NCBI GenBank assembly: GCA_035517095.1
Contig: DATIZK010000013.1
Location: forward strand, 44,348-108,347
Origin: Burkholderiales bacterium
GTDB lineage: Bacteria; Pseudomonadota; Gammaproteobacteria; Burkholderiales; SG8-39
Reading direction: 5' to 3'
DNA length: 64,000 nucleotides
Each line of letters starts with the position of its first letter. Position 1 is the first letter of the stretch. The translations under genes and the position numbers were made by a program. This document shows positions 1-9,350 of the stretch, one piece after another. A model generated the notes under the pieces. It was given only the letters and a program-made list of their open reading frames with translations, did not search any database and was not told the origin of the DNA.

Positions 1-1
1 C

Positions 2-547
2 GAGCGCGGCCTGAAACGCGCCGCAGTGTGCGTCATCGTCACCGACGACGGCCGCGGCGAGGCAGCGCTGGTGCTGACGCGGCGCGCCGAGCGGCTTAGC
101 ACGCACTCGGGGCAGTTCGCGCTGCCCGGCGGGCGCCTCGAGCGCGGCGAGAGCGCGCTCGAGGCGGCGCGGCGCGAGGCGCGCGAGGAGATCGGCCTCG
201 AGCTCGCGCCGGAGGATTTTCTCGGGCGCCTGGACGACTACCCGACGCGCTCGGGCTACCTCATCACCCCGCTGGTCGCCTGGTGCGCGCGGACCTCGCG
301 CCTGGTGGCGAACCCGGCGGAAGTGGCGCGAATCTACCGCGTTGCGCTGGCCGATCTGGGCCGGCCCGGGTCGCCCGAGTTCGTCGCCATCCCCGAGTCC
401 GGCCAGCCGGTGGTGCGCTACCCCCTGCTCGGCACCCTGATCCACGCCCCGACGGCGGCGGTGATGTACCAGTTCATGGAGGTCGCCCTGCTCGGGCGCG
501 CCACCCGCGTGGCGCATCTGGAGCAGCCGGTTTGGGCCTGGCGCTAG
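2..547 (+). CDS. NUDIX hydrolase (CoA pyrophosphatase-like), probably 5' partial
   Basis: Nudix box GGRLERGESALEAARREAREEIGLEL is present. The frame stays open back to the window edge, and the first in-window start is GTG at 26. Confidence 0.85.
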   Translation, partial: ERGLKRAAVCVIVTDDGRGEAALVLTRRAERLSTHSGQFALPGGRLERGESALEAARREAREEIGLELAPEDFLGRLDDYPTRSGYLITPLVAWCARTSRLVANPAEVARIYRVALADLGRPGSPEFVAIPESGQPVVRYPLLGTLIHAPTAAVMYQFMEVALLGRATRVAHLEQPVWAWR

Positions 548-605
548 GCTTTAGTTAGGCTTGGATTCTAGGATCATGATCGAAACCATCCTGCTCAGCG
601 CGGCG

Positions 606-794
606 CTAAGAGCTCACGACGTCGCGGCGCAGCAGCTGCGCGATGGTACGTGCGGCCGAGACGCGCGCTGAAAGGACGGACGGCCAGACGTGCGCGGACT
701 CCTCCATCGCCCTCGCCGTCCACTGCAGCTGGCGCAGCAGTTCCTCCAGCTCGTCGAAGGCGGCGCCGATGTCGTTGGCGTGGTGTAGAGGCAT
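606..794 (-). CDS. small hypothetical protein (62 aa), tentative
   Basis: ATG at 794 lies 14 nt downstream of the OMP gene stop. Third-position GC is high and the sequence is helical (MPLHHANDIGAAFDELEELLRQLQW...). There is no strong RBS and no recognised family. Confidence 0.3.
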   Translation of the reverse strand: MPLHHANDIGAAFDELEELLRQLQWTARAMEESAHVWPSVLSARVSAARTIAQLLRRDVVSS

Positions 795-808
795 AGGCGA
801 TCTCACGG

Positions 809-1393
809 TCAGAATCTGAACAACGCGCCGACACTGACTACGTCGAAGTCGGATTCGCCTACGGTACTTCCACCAACGCTTTGATACGACTGGTACTCGG
901 CGCGGAAGGCGACCTGCGGCGAAAAGTCGTACCGGCCGCCGACCCCGAACGTGACGTTCGTGTTGGTGTCGCTGCCCGTGAATCCGGCGTTCGACCGCAA
1001 CTCGGTATTGCCGAGGTAGCCGCCCAGCTTGCCGTAGACGGAGAATCGGTTCTTGAGCGGAAGCGCTCCGACTGCGACCAGCTCCCACACGTTCGCGGTG
1101 ACTTCGCCGGCGACGCCGAAGCCAGTGGCTCTTACATTGCCGAGGTCCTGGTAACCGAGCTCGACCGCAACATTCTGATTGAGCTGGTAGCCGCCGAGGA
1201 TCCTCCATGCGGTGTCGCTGTCGTTGCAGGTTATACCGGGCAGGATGATCCCGCTGCAGCCGTCCGAGGCGGTGGTCTGACCGATCGAGCCTCCAAGGTA
1301 GAACGGGTGCATGCTCTGAGCGGCGGCGGGGATCGCGACCGAAGTGCCGCCAGAGAGAACGAGAACGGCGATGACCGATCTGGCGTTTTTCAT
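809..1393 (-). CDS. outer-membrane beta-barrel protein (OmpA-like/OmpW-like small porin family)
   Basis: Signal peptide MKNARSVIAVLVLSGGTSVAIPAAAQ, an alternating beta-strand pattern and a C-terminal ...GALFRF are present. An AAGGAGAG RBS sits 5 nt upstream of ATG 1393; the ORF-track start at 1408 lies inside that RBS. Confidence 0.85.
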   Translation of the reverse strand: MKNARSVIAVLVLSGGTSVAIPAAAQSMHPFYLGGSIGQTTASDGCSGIILPGITCNDSDTAWRILGGYQLNQNVAVELGYQDLGNVRATGFGVAGEVTANVWELVAVGALPLKNRFSVYGKLGGYLGNTELRSNAGFTGSDTNTNVTFGVGGRYDFSPQVAFRAEYQSYQSVGGSTVGESDFDVVSVGALFRF

Positions 1394-1564
1394 TTTCTCT
1401 CCTTTCACATGTAATCCCCCTACGGCTTATCTTCGCTTTCTGCGCCGGGGCGCTGTCAATCCGGATCGCACGCTCGTCGCCGGCGGGCGACAGGGCACTG
1501 TGTCTTTTACGCCATTTCGCGGCGCCCCCTGTCGGTCGCCGACGACAGAAGTTAGGATTGCTTC

Positions 1565-2425
1565 ATGCACGGTCTCGTTCTAGCCGCTTCGGTCGCTCTG
1601 CTCAGCGCACTGGCCCCTGGCACGAGCTTTCGCGATTGCGATGTCTGCCCCGTGATGGTCGTCATGCCGGCGGGCAGCTTCGAGATGGGCTCGCCGGCGG
1701 GCGATCCGGCGGCTACCGCGGACGAGCGGCCGCAGCACCGGGTGAGCTTCGCGCGCGCGTTCGCGGTCGCGAAGTACGCCACCACGCGCGCCGAGTTCGC
1801 GCGCTTCGTGGCCGAGTCCGGCTACCGGGTCGCCCCGGGCTGCCTGATCCTCAGGGGCGGCGGCTGGATCGACGACCGCCGCGCGGGCTGGCGCCGCCCG
1901 GGCTTCGCCCAGACCGAGCGCGACCCCGCGGTGTGCATGAGCTGGAACGACGGCGCGGCCTACGCCGACTGGCTAAGCCGCAAGACCGGGCACTCTTACG
2001 CGCTGCTGACCGAGGCGCAGTGGGAATACGCCGCGCGCGCCGGGACCACGACGCCCTACTACTGGGGCACGCAGGCGAGCCGCGCTTACGCCAACTACGG
2101 CGCCGAGCGCTGCTGCGCACCGGCGGCCGAGGGCAAGGACCGCTGGCTGAATACCGCGCCCTCGGGCAGTTTTCCGCCCAACGCCTTCGGCCTGTACGAC
2201 ATGCACGGCAACGCCTGGCAATGGATGCAGGACTGCTGGCACCGCAACTATGACGGCGCGCCGGCCGACGGCAGCGCCTGGCTCTCCGGCAGCTGCGTCG
2301 ACCGCGTCATGCGCGGCGGCTCCTGGAACTGCGGCACCTCGACCATTCGCGCCGCCGAACGAGAGGTGCACGACCTCTCGGGCCGCTACGCGGTGGTGGG
2401 GTTCCGCGTCGCGCGCACTGACTGA
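1565..2425 (+). CDS. formylglycine-generating enzyme family protein (SUMF1/FGE-sulfatase domain)
   Basis: Signal peptide plus typical FGE motifs: RPQHRVSF, YALLTEAQWEYAAR, GLYDMHGNAWQWMQDCW, RGGSW. Confidence 0.9.
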   Translation: MHGLVLAASVALLSALAPGTSFRDCDVCPVMVVMPAGSFEMGSPAGDPAATADERPQHRVSFARAFAVAKYATTRAEFARFVAESGYRVAPGCLILRGGGWIDDRRAGWRRPGFAQTERDPAVCMSWNDGAAYADWLSRKTGHSYALLTEAQWEYAARAGTTTPYYWGTQASRAYANYGAERCCAPAAEGKDRWLNTAPSGSFPPNAFGLYDMHGNAWQWMQDCWHRNYDGAPADGSAWLSGSCVDRVMRGGSWNCGTSTIRAAEREVHDLSGRYAVVGFRVARTD

Positions 2426-2428
2426 GCG

Positions 2429-3400
2429 CTACGCCGGCGCTCGAGCGCCCTCGCCGCGGCCGCGGCGCCACGCCGCCGGCGCGACGCCGAACTCGCGCTT
2501 GAAGGCGCGCGTGAACGCGGCCACCGAGCCGAAGCCGGCATCCTCCGCGATCGCCTTGATGGCGCGGTCGGTGTGTCCGAGCGAGTCGGCGGCGAGCCTC
2601 AGCCGCCACTGCGACAGATACTGCATCGGCGCCGCACCGGTGCAGCGCGCGAAGTGCTCGACCAGCGCCGTGCGCGAGACGCCGACCGCGCGCGCGAGCG
2701 ACTCGAGCGTCCACTGCGCGTCGGGCTTGCGGTGGATCAGCGCCAGCGCGCGGCTCACGGTTCCGTCCCTCAGTCCGGCAGTCCAGCCGTGCAGCCCGGG
2801 CTGTGTCTCGAGGTAAGCGCTGATCGCGTCCACGAACAGCATCTCCGAGAGCTTGCCGAACACCGCACCGGCGCCGGGCTTGGGCGTCTGGCGCGAGTCG
2901 CGCACGGTGCGCTCGAGCAGCGCCGCAGCGTTGCTCGCGCCGACCCCGCACTGCACCAGCCGCGGCAGGTTCCGGACCAGGTGCCCCGACAGTGCCTCGT
3001 CGCAGGCGAAGAAGCCGCAGATCAGGCGCGTGCGCGCGCCGCCGCCGCCGTAGCGCACGCGGGCCATCGAGTCGGGCCGGGTAAGCTTCACCGTCATTTC
3101 GGTGGTGATCCGCATCGGCTCCATGCCGGGCTGGCTCGAGAGCACGTGCACGTCACCGTGCGGCAGCATGACGACCTCCCCGCCCGCGACGGCCATGGGT
3201 TTCTCGCCCTTGACCTGCACGTAGCACTCCCCGTCGGGCACCAGGTGATAGGGGATCACCATCTCCGCGCCGGGCGCCAGGCGCTCAGCGATCGCGGACG
3301 GCGGCGGGGTCTGGATCGCCCACGGCGCCGACAGCTCGGCGTCAATATACGCGACGCCGGTCAGTCGGATCACGCGAAGCAATTCGGAAAGCGCGTCCAT
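2429..3400 (-). CDS. AraC family transcriptional regulator (N-terminal cupin-like domain)
   Basis: C-terminal double HTH of AraC type (VSRTALVEHFARCTGAAPMQYLSQWRLRLAADSL...AGFGSVAAFTRAFKREFG). It is divergent from the 3488 monooxygenase-like gene. Confidence 0.9.
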   Translation of the reverse strand: MDALSELLRVIRLTGVAYIDAELSAPWAIQTPPPSAIAERLAPGAEMVIPYHLVPDGECYVQVKGEKPMAVAGGEVVMLPHGDVHVLSSQPGMEPMRITTEMTVKLTRPDSMARVRYGGGGARTRLICGFFACDEALSGHLVRNLPRLVQCGVGASNAAALLERTVRDSRQTPKPGAGAVFGKLSEMLFVDAISAYLETQPGLHGWTAGLRDGTVSRALALIHRKPDAQWTLESLARAVGVSRTALVEHFARCTGAAPMQYLSQWRLRLAADSLGHTDRAIKAIAEDAGFGSVAAFTRAFKREFGVAPAAWRRGRGEGARAPA

Positions 3401-3487
3401 GGAAGCCGTTCCCCTCCGGTCGCCGGATCAATTTTCCCGTTGGATCGGCTGCGATGCCGGTCGCCGCAATCTTATATCTTCGATGTC

Positions 3488-4783
3488 ATGGAACAAGGGC
3501 GCAACCTCGACCTCGCCATCGTCGGCGGCGGCATCGGCGGCGTGATCAGCCTGAAGTACGCCAGGCAGGCCGGCCTCGACGCGCTGCTGTTCGAGCGCAG
3601 CGCGCGCATCGGCGGGCTGTGGCGCGACCTGCCGTCCTGGCAGGACATCCAGATCCGCAGGCAAGACTGGACCCTGGGGGACCTGCCGATCGCGGGCGAA
3701 GACCAGGCCAGCGTGCTGCGCAACATCGAGGCCTGGGTCGAGCGCTTCGGCCTCGCGCCCTACATCCGCGTCGGCTGCGCGGTCGAGAGCGCGCGCCCTT
3801 GCGCCAACGGCTGGACGGTCGCCGCCGGCGGGCAAAGCTACGCCGCGCGCTACCTGATCGCCGCGACCGGCGCCCACAACCGTCCGGTCGTTCCCGGCAT
3901 CGAGAGGCGCGCCCCGACCCTGCGCGAGTTCCACTCCTCGCGGCTGCCCGATCCCGAGCTGCTGCGCGGCCGGCGCGTGGCGGTGGTCGGCGGCGGCGCC
4001 TCGGCCTTCGACCTGCTCGACCTTTGCTTCAAGCGCGGCGCGGCGCAGGTGGACTGGGTCTACCGCTCGATCAAGTGGATGCGGCCCACGCGCGGCCCCA
4101 AGTACTTCGGCGCGGACGTGCGCCTGCTGACGCGCCACCAGATGCTCGGCGCGACGCCGGCGAAGCTCAGCCGCTTCGCCGACGCCGACCTGCGCGCCCG
4201 CTACGCCAAGGCCGGCATCCCGCACCTGGCGCCCGCGGAGCCGTTCGACATCGAGCGCCACCAGCTCATCCCCGGACGGTCGGCGATGATCGCCAATGCG
4301 GACCGCATCGCGCGCCACCGCGCCGAGGTGCGGGCGGTCGAAGGCGCCACGATCGAGCTCTCCAACGGGGAGCGGATCGACGCCGACCTGCTGCTGTGGG
4401 GGACCGGCTACGCGGCCGATCTCGGCTACCTCGAAGTGGACGCGCTGTCGGGCGCGACGGACATGAAGCAAGTCGGCCGCAGGATGCGCGCCGTGTTCCG
4501 CTCGGCCGACGCGCCGAACCTGTTCCTGCTCGCCCCGGGCGTGCTCGAGACGACCACCGTCACGCCCTGGGCCTACGCGCACGCGGCGAAGTCGATCATG
4601 GCGCACATTGCCGGCCGCGCCGAGCTCGACGCGCCGCCCCACCCCGGGATGATCAACCACTGCGACCTGGTGAAGCTCCTCGCGCGGCACGACCGCGCCA
4701 GCTACACGCCGGGGGTTTGGTTCCTGAAATACTTGGCCCTGGCGCTGTTCTACCCGAGAGATCGGCCGCTGCCGATTCCGTGA
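3488..4783 (+). CDS. FAD/NAD(P)-binding oxidoreductase, flavin-containing monooxygenase-like
   Basis: Two dinucleotide-binding motifs are present (IVGGGIGG near the N-terminus, VVGGGASAFD mid-protein). ATG 3488 is in frame with ORF 2573..4783; the upstream part of that ORF overlaps the AraC gene and is spurious. Confidence 0.85.
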   Translation: MEQGRNLDLAIVGGGIGGVISLKYARQAGLDALLFERSARIGGLWRDLPSWQDIQIRRQDWTLGDLPIAGEDQASVLRNIEAWVERFGLAPYIRVGCAVESARPCANGWTVAAGGQSYAARYLIAATGAHNRPVVPGIERRAPTLREFHSSRLPDPELLRGRRVAVVGGGASAFDLLDLCFKRGAAQVDWVYRSIKWMRPTRGPKYFGADVRLLTRHQMLGATPAKLSRFADADLRARYAKAGIPHLAPAEPFDIERHQLIPGRSAMIANADRIARHRAEVRAVEGATIELSNGERIDADLLLWGTGYAADLGYLEVDALSGATDMKQVGRRMRAVFRSADAPNLFLLAPGVLETTTVTPWAYAHAAKSIMAHIAGRAELDAPPHPGMINHCDLVKLLARHDRASYTPGVWFLKYLALALFYPRDRPLPIP

Positions 4784-5479
4784 TCAGGCGCCCGCCGCGC
4801 GGCGCAATGCCGCGCGCGCGAGCAGGCGCGTCGAGTCGAGCACCGGCAGCGGCGAGTTGGCGTCGCTCATGACGAGCGGAATCTCGGTGCAGCCGAGCAC
4901 CACCGCGTCGCAGCCCTCGCCCTTCATGCGGCCGAACACCCGCTGGAAGAAGTCCACCGCCTCGGGCCGGAACACCCCGCACACCAGCTCGTGCATGATG
5001 ATGCGGTTCATCTCCTCGCGTTCGGCCGCCTCCGGCACGACGTGCTCCAGCCCGAGCGCCGCCAGCTTCTGCGGATAGACCTCGCTCTCGAGCAGCCAGC
5101 GCGTTCCGCTCAAACCGAGGCGGCGGAACCCCTGCGCCGAGGCCCGTTCGGCGACGACTTGCGCGATGTGCAGCCACGGCAGCGGCGAGCGCGGCAGCAC
5201 CCAGGGCAGCGCCTGGTGGATCGTGTTGTCGGGGCAGATCAGGAACTGCGCGCCAGCTTTCGCCAGCTTGTCCGCGGCCAAGAGCATCAGCTCGCCCACG
5301 CCCTGCCAGTCGCCGCGGTAGATGCGCTGCATGTAGTCCGCCAGCGAGTGCGTGTGCAGCGACACTTCGGGATGCGCGTGCGCCGCGCCCAGCAGCGCCG
5401 GGCCCTCGACGCAGATCGTCCTGTAGCACAGCGCCGCGCCCTCGGCGGAGCAGGCGACGATGCCGATGTGTTGCGGCAT
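4784..5479 (-). CDS. aspartate/glutamate racemase family protein
   Basis: MPQHIGIVACSAEGAALCY..., ...AQFLICPDNTIH and ...VVLGCTEIP are the two Cys-containing half-site motifs of Asp/Glu racemases. The start is taken at ATG 5479. Confidence 0.85.
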   Translation of the reverse strand: MPQHIGIVACSAEGAALCYRTICVEGPALLGAAHAHPEVSLHTHSLADYMQRIYRGDWQGVGELMLLAADKLAKAGAQFLICPDNTIHQALPWVLPRSPLPWLHIAQVVAERASAQGFRRLGLSGTRWLLESEVYPQKLAALGLEHVVPEAAEREEMNRIIMHELVCGVFRPEAVDFFQRVFGRMKGEGCDAVVLGCTEIPLVMSDANSPLPVLDSTRLLARAALRRAAGA

Positions 5480-5515
5480 GCGGACCTCTTCTAAGCATCG
5501 AACCGGGGCTGTACA

Positions 5516-5843
5516 GTGCGCCCTGTGAGCGCACCCGATCAAGACGGCTTCCGGCAGCTCTGGCCGATTCTATTCCTGCAGCGCGACCTGCCCGCGCCCG
5601 GACCGGCGAGCGCCTGGCTGCGCCAGTGCATCCACAAGACGGCGACCGACTACTGCCGCCGCGCCGGCATGCGCTACCCGATCGACTGGAGCCTGCACGG
5701 CTGGGCCAACGTCAACCGGCTGGGCGACTACCACGACCTGCACAACCACCCGCACGCCTACCCTCGCGGACGCGCCGCGCGTGAGCATCAGCTACAACCT
5801 GATGCTCAAGGATCCGGGCAAGTATCTGCCGCCCCAGGACTGA
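5516..5843 (+). pseudogene. remnant of a 2OG-Fe(II) oxygenase (PF13759/TIGR02466-like) with internal deletion and frameshift
   Basis: The frame of 5516 gives ...LWPILF...WANVNRLGDYHDLHNHPHAY and then loses similarity. A different frame (codons from 5763) gives LADAPRVSISYNLMLKDPGKYLPPQD-stop, the typical C-terminus of the family. About 65 aa of the jelly-roll core in between are missing. Confidence 0.55.
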
Positions 5844-6204
5844 CCTGCGGGTGCTCGCGCAAGCGGGCGGCCACGAAGTCCACAATATCGCGCGGCAGCT
5901 CGGCGGCCTCCGCGAGGAAGCGCTCTACTACCTCCGCCGCCTCGAACGGGCCGTCGGCGAGCAGGATCGGGGACTGCTTCACCACGCCCGCGTTCTCCCC
6001 GTCGTCCACCCGCTCGTGCACGAAGCCCTGGCCCGCCTTCCAGCGGATCGCGTGCTCGTCGCGGTACTTGCCGTAGGCGAGCTGGAACGCGATCGGCGCG
6101 CCGTCGTCGCCGAACCAGACCCACAGGTCCTGCCGGTGCGAGAAGAAGCACCGCCGGCGCGGCTCGCCGGGCACCTGGCGCGGGTTCGCGACTTCTCTCA
6201 GCAT
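5806..6204 (-). CDS. hypothetical protein (132 aa)
   Basis: ATG 6204 overlaps the stop of the upstream gene by 7 nt (ATGCTGA). The composition looks coding (MLREVANPRQVPGEPRRRCFFSHRQDLWVWFGDDGAPIAFQLAYGKY...). No family recognised. Confidence 0.6.
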   Translation of the reverse strand: MLREVANPRQVPGEPRRRCFFSHRQDLWVWFGDDGAPIAFQLAYGKYRDEHAIRWKAGQGFVHERVDDGENAGVVKQSPILLADGPFEAAEVVERFLAEAAELPRDIVDFVAARLREHPQVSPGAADTCPDP

Positions 6205-6638
6205 CGAAGCGCCCCCTGAGACCCGAGATGCGCATAGGCCGCGCGGATGAACTGGCCCGCGCGGCCGCGCACGGTGATCGTCGGCCAGCGGTCGCGCACC
6301 CGGATCGCGGTGCAGGTGCTGAATATGAGGCGCCGCTCCGTCACCGATTCCATCTGCGACCACGCAATGAACAGCGCCGGGCTGCGGAAGCGAAACGGAA
6401 GCAGCAGCGAAAGCCGTATCCCCGCCTCGCCTACCGTGACGAACAGGCAGCCACCGTAGTTCACCGGCACAAGCTTCGCGCCCATCGAGCCGGAGGCGAA
6501 GCGAAAGCGCTCGCCGCTCGCCGGCAGCGTCGCGCGCAAGTCGCGCGCAAGGCTCGCCCAGCCGCTCAATTGCGCGAGCAGGCCGGTGATTCCGAACCAC
6601 GCGACGACGACCAGCGCCAGGAACCAGAGCGATTCCAC
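6198..6638 (-). CDS. membrane-anchored hypothetical protein (146 aa)
   Basis: N-terminal TM helix MESLWFLALVVVAWFGITGLLAQL followed by a soluble domain. It lies 8 nt downstream of the 6646 gene. Confidence 0.6.
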   Translation of the reverse strand: MESLWFLALVVVAWFGITGLLAQLSGWASLARDLRATLPASGERFRFASGSMGAKLVPVNYGGCLFVTVGEAGIRLSLLLPFRFRSPALFIAWSQMESVTERRLIFSTCTAIRVRDRWPTITVRGRAGQFIRAAYAHLGSQGALRC

Positions 6639-6645
6639 TTCGGGC

Positions 6646-7326
6646 TCAGGCGCCGACTTCGCGCTCGCCTAGCGTGTAGTCGCATCGGTAGAGCGCGCCA
6701 AGCACGGCTTCCGCGCCATGATCCTGCAGTCGACTCGCGGCCAGGTCGGTCTCGGTCAGTGCCGCCACGGCGCCTTCGCGGTATCCGGTGGCCAGCAGCG
6801 CCCAGTCCACCTTAGCGTCCGCGCCCCGGATCCGCTGCTCGTTCGTCATCTGCGGCGCCGCGGCGCCGATCAGCAGATGGACGCTGCCCAGGCCCGGCCG
6901 CGCCGGGAGCTTCGGCAGCACCTCCTGCATGAGCCACTCGCGCAGTCGCGGGCCGGCGCCGGCCACCGGCCTGAAGCGGGCGAGCAAGCCGAAGTGGCCG
7001 CTGCCGAGCCCGAAGCTGCCCGCCACCGAGCACAGCCCGCGCGCCATTGCGCGGTAGTGGGGCATCATCTTGCGCGTCCATGGGGTCGGGTTGTTCAGGC
7101 GCTCGAGATACGCGCTCGAAGCCAGGGTGGCGAGATCGGCGACCTCGTACAGCACGAGGTATCCGGGCCGCCCGCGCAGCGCCGCCCAGCGCGTGCCCCT
7201 GAGAAAGCCCGGAATCGACAATCGTTCCGGAAGATGCTCGTGGGTGTGCCAGTCATCGTGCTCATCCACCGCATCCTGCGCAATGTCGAACGACAGAAGC
7301 ATCGCGGCTTTGCCGAGTAGGGGCAT
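6646..7326 (-). CDS. conserved hypothetical protein (226 aa, two ferredoxin-like/EthD-like halves suspected)
   Basis: Clean ORF with coding-like composition (MPLLGKAAMLLSFDIAQDAVDEHDDWHTHEHLPERL...). The family assignment is uncertain. Confidence 0.65.
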   Translation of the reverse strand: MPLLGKAAMLLSFDIAQDAVDEHDDWHTHEHLPERLSIPGFLRGTRWAALRGRPGYLVLYEVADLATLASSAYLERLNNPTPWTRKMMPHYRAMARGLCSVAGSFGLGSGHFGLLARFRPVAGAGPRLREWLMQEVLPKLPARPGLGSVHLLIGAAAPQMTNEQRIRGADAKVDWALLATGYREGAVAALTETDLAASRLQDHGAEAVLGALYRCDYTLGEREVGA

Positions 7327-7347
7327 TCTCGTTTCTCCGTTGGCAGC

Positions 7348-7716
7348 CTAGCGATTCTGGCCGAGGCACAGCGTGTGCCCTTGATCATCCTTGATGATGG
7401 CCTCGCGCGTGCCCCAGGCTGTGTCGTGCACGTCCTTTACCAGCGCGACGCCGTTCGCCTTCAAGGCAGCGCTCGCGGCGGCGACATCGCTCGTCTCGAG
7501 ATACAGATGAAAATGCCCGCCTTCGTCCACGAACCGGATCGAAGGGTCCTTCTCGTCCACGCGCTTCAAGTGAAAGACCTGACTTCCGGCGCGTATTCCC
7601 GCGTAGAAGTCCTGGTAGCGAAACTCCAGGGTCAATCCCAGTTTGGTCGTGTAAAAGTGGATCGACGACGCCAGATCGGTCGTCCGGAGCTGAGCCATCA
7701 CGCCGGTTATCGCCAT
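7348..7716 (-). CDS. VOC family protein (glyoxalase/bleomycin-resistance fold)
   Basis: MAITGVMAQLRTTDLASSIHFYTTKLGLTLEF...AWGTREAIIKDDQGHTLCLGQ. An AGGAG RBS precedes ATG 7716. Confidence 0.85.
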   Translation of the reverse strand: MAITGVMAQLRTTDLASSIHFYTTKLGLTLEFRYQDFYAGIRAGSQVFHLKRVDEKDPSIRFVDEGGHFHLYLETSDVAAASAALKANGVALVKDVHDTAWGTREAIIKDDQGHTLCLGQNR

Positions 7717-7781
7717 CGGTGCTCCTAGCTGCTTACGTTCCGGTTCCGCCTCCGCGGTGAGCCAGAGCTTCTGGCCGCAAG

Positions 7782-8174
7782 TCACTGCCTGCGTTGCGCA
7801 TAAAGCGACTTTGCCGCCTCTTCCCAGTTCGCGCCGTCGAAGCGCCGCAAGGCAAGCGATGCGAGGTCCACGCCCTCGATACAGCGCACGTTTACCGCCC
7901 ACCTGCCCGGGTCGAGCCGCGGGCGCGAGAAGGGATGCACGCCGCAGCGGCGGCAGAAGTAGTGCTTCGCGGTCATGGTATTGAACTGATACAGCGTCAG
8001 CTCATCTTCTCCCGCCGTGATGCGCAGGCTGGCGTCCGATGCGCCGTGCCACAGGGCCCCGACGCGCCGGCACAGCGAGCAGCTGCACTCCATGACGTAG
8101 TCGAGCTTCGCGTCGAGCTCGAACGACACTCGACCGCAGTGACAGGAACCTCGGTAAGTGACTCGCGCGTTCAT
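7782..8174 (-). CDS. GFA family protein (CENP-V/glutathione-dependent formaldehyde-activating fold)
   Basis: Zinc-Cys motifs GSCHCGRVSFE, CSCSLCRR and FCRRCG are present. A GGGAGG RBS precedes ATG 8174. Confidence 0.85.
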   Translation of the reverse strand: MNARVTYRGSCHCGRVSFELDAKLDYVMECSCSLCRRVGALWHGASDASLRITAGEDELTLYQFNTMTAKHYFCRRCGVHPFSRPRLDPGRWAVNVRCIEGVDLASLALRRFDGANWEEAAKSLYAQRRQ

Positions 8175-8304
8175 CTTGCTGTTGCCTCCCTTGAACATGC
8201 ATGCCTGCAGCAATTGTGCCCAATCCTTGTCTTGTACGCACGGAAGCTGCGCCTTGAGCAAGACGCCGACCGGCATGGCTGGCTTCCCGAGCGCTCACTT
8301 CGGG

Positions 8305-8766
8305 CTACGCCGACTTCTCGAGCTCGAGATTGCCGTCGATGAACTTGAGCTTGAAGACAAGACGACGAATGCGCCACCGGTCCGGGAAGGCTTGCAGCTG
8401 CAGCTCGTAGGTGCCCACGAAGACGCGACTCTTCACCCCCGCGGACTGAGCCCTATGGTGGAAGGCTACCCCGTAGCACCTGAGGAGCGCTTGATCGCCG
8501 CCGACCTCGGTGCGGACATTGCCGATCTGATGGTGAACGTGATCGAGCGGCTTAAAACCCGTGGCCCATGCCTGAGCGACCTGGCTCGGGGTCATCTCTG
8601 TCGGCGCTCCGCCGACCATGGACGTCATGTCCAACGTAAAGGGGTTTGTGAAGCAATCTTCCAGCACCGGCCAGTCGCGTTCATCCGTCGCGACGAACAT
8701 CCGAACCACGGCGTCCTCGACCGCGAGGCGCGTAGCCAGTTCAGATACCGACAGAGATGGTGGCAT
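8305..8766 (-). CDS. nuclear transport factor 2 family protein (SnoaL-like)
   Basis: ELATRLAVEDAVVRMFVATDERDWPVLEDCFT...HHQIGN is the typical SnoaL_4 pattern. Confidence 0.8.
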   Translation of the reverse strand: MPPSLSVSELATRLAVEDAVVRMFVATDERDWPVLEDCFTNPFTLDMTSMVGGAPTEMTPSQVAQAWATGFKPLDHVHHQIGNVRTEVGGDQALLRCYGVAFHHRAQSAGVKSRVFVGTYELQLQAFPDRWRIRRLVFKLKFIDGNLELEKSA

Positions 8767-8852
8767 TCATGATCTCCAATAGGCACGACGCAACCTGCGA
8801 CGCCTAACGTTTGAGTTAAGCGGCGCCGTCAGGCGTCCGCTTGAACGAAGGG

Positions 8853-9350
8853 TTAGGCATCACCTGCTCCCCCCAACGCACCAGCGCTCGCGCCCGCAAT
8901 TCGCTCAGCCTCGCGCTTAAGGTCACCTGCGTAGGCTTCAAAGATTGGACGGAAATCTGGGAGCATCCTCTTGGTGAGCGCAAACATGACACCGGAGAAG
9001 TGCTCCTCCATAACGAAGTCAGTCGAGATACCGTTGTGTGGCACAAGTTCAAAGGTGCGAACGCCCTTGAAGATGCCGGCAACACCGTCGCTCCAAGTCA
9101 TGGCCCGCTCTGCTACTACACCCGAGACCTTGGGAGTGAAGGTACGACTCGTGCCTGGTACGTGCAAGCGAAGACGTTCACCCTCACGGATTTCCCCCTC
9201 GATACCAGTGACTGTGGAGTTCCAACGTGGAAAGCCCTTTGCATCCGTCAAGAGGTTCCATACGATGTCCGTAGTCGCCAGAATCTTGACGCCCACTCTG
9301 AAGGTCATCCCAAGGCCTTTCGCGCTCTGTGTAAAGAGTGGCTCGTTCAT
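8853..9350 (-). CDS. SRPBCC (START/polyketide-cyclase-like) domain protein, in a low-GC islet
   Basis: ...FRVGVKILATTDIVWNLLTDAKGFPRWNSTV...TFELVP is SRPBCC-like. The start is uncertain: ATG 9350 (MNEPL) or ATG 9308 (MTFRV). GC is about 55% against about 70% in the flanks. Confidence 0.75.
   Translation of the reverse strand: MNEPLFTQSAKGLGMTFRVGVKILATTDIVWNLLTDAKGFPRWNSTVTGIEGEIREGERLRLHVPGTSRTFTPKVSGVVAERAMTWSDGVAGIFKGVRTFELVPHNGISTDFVMEEHFSGVMFALTKRMLPDFRPIFEAYAGDLKREAERIAGASAGALGGAGDA

Noticed and set aside
572-581. 10-bp palindrome GATCATGATC and nearby TAGGCTT direct repeat, in the spacer after the NUDIX gene.
   Set aside because: The elements are short and isolated with no flanking stem or U-tract. 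Chance occurrence cannot be excluded.
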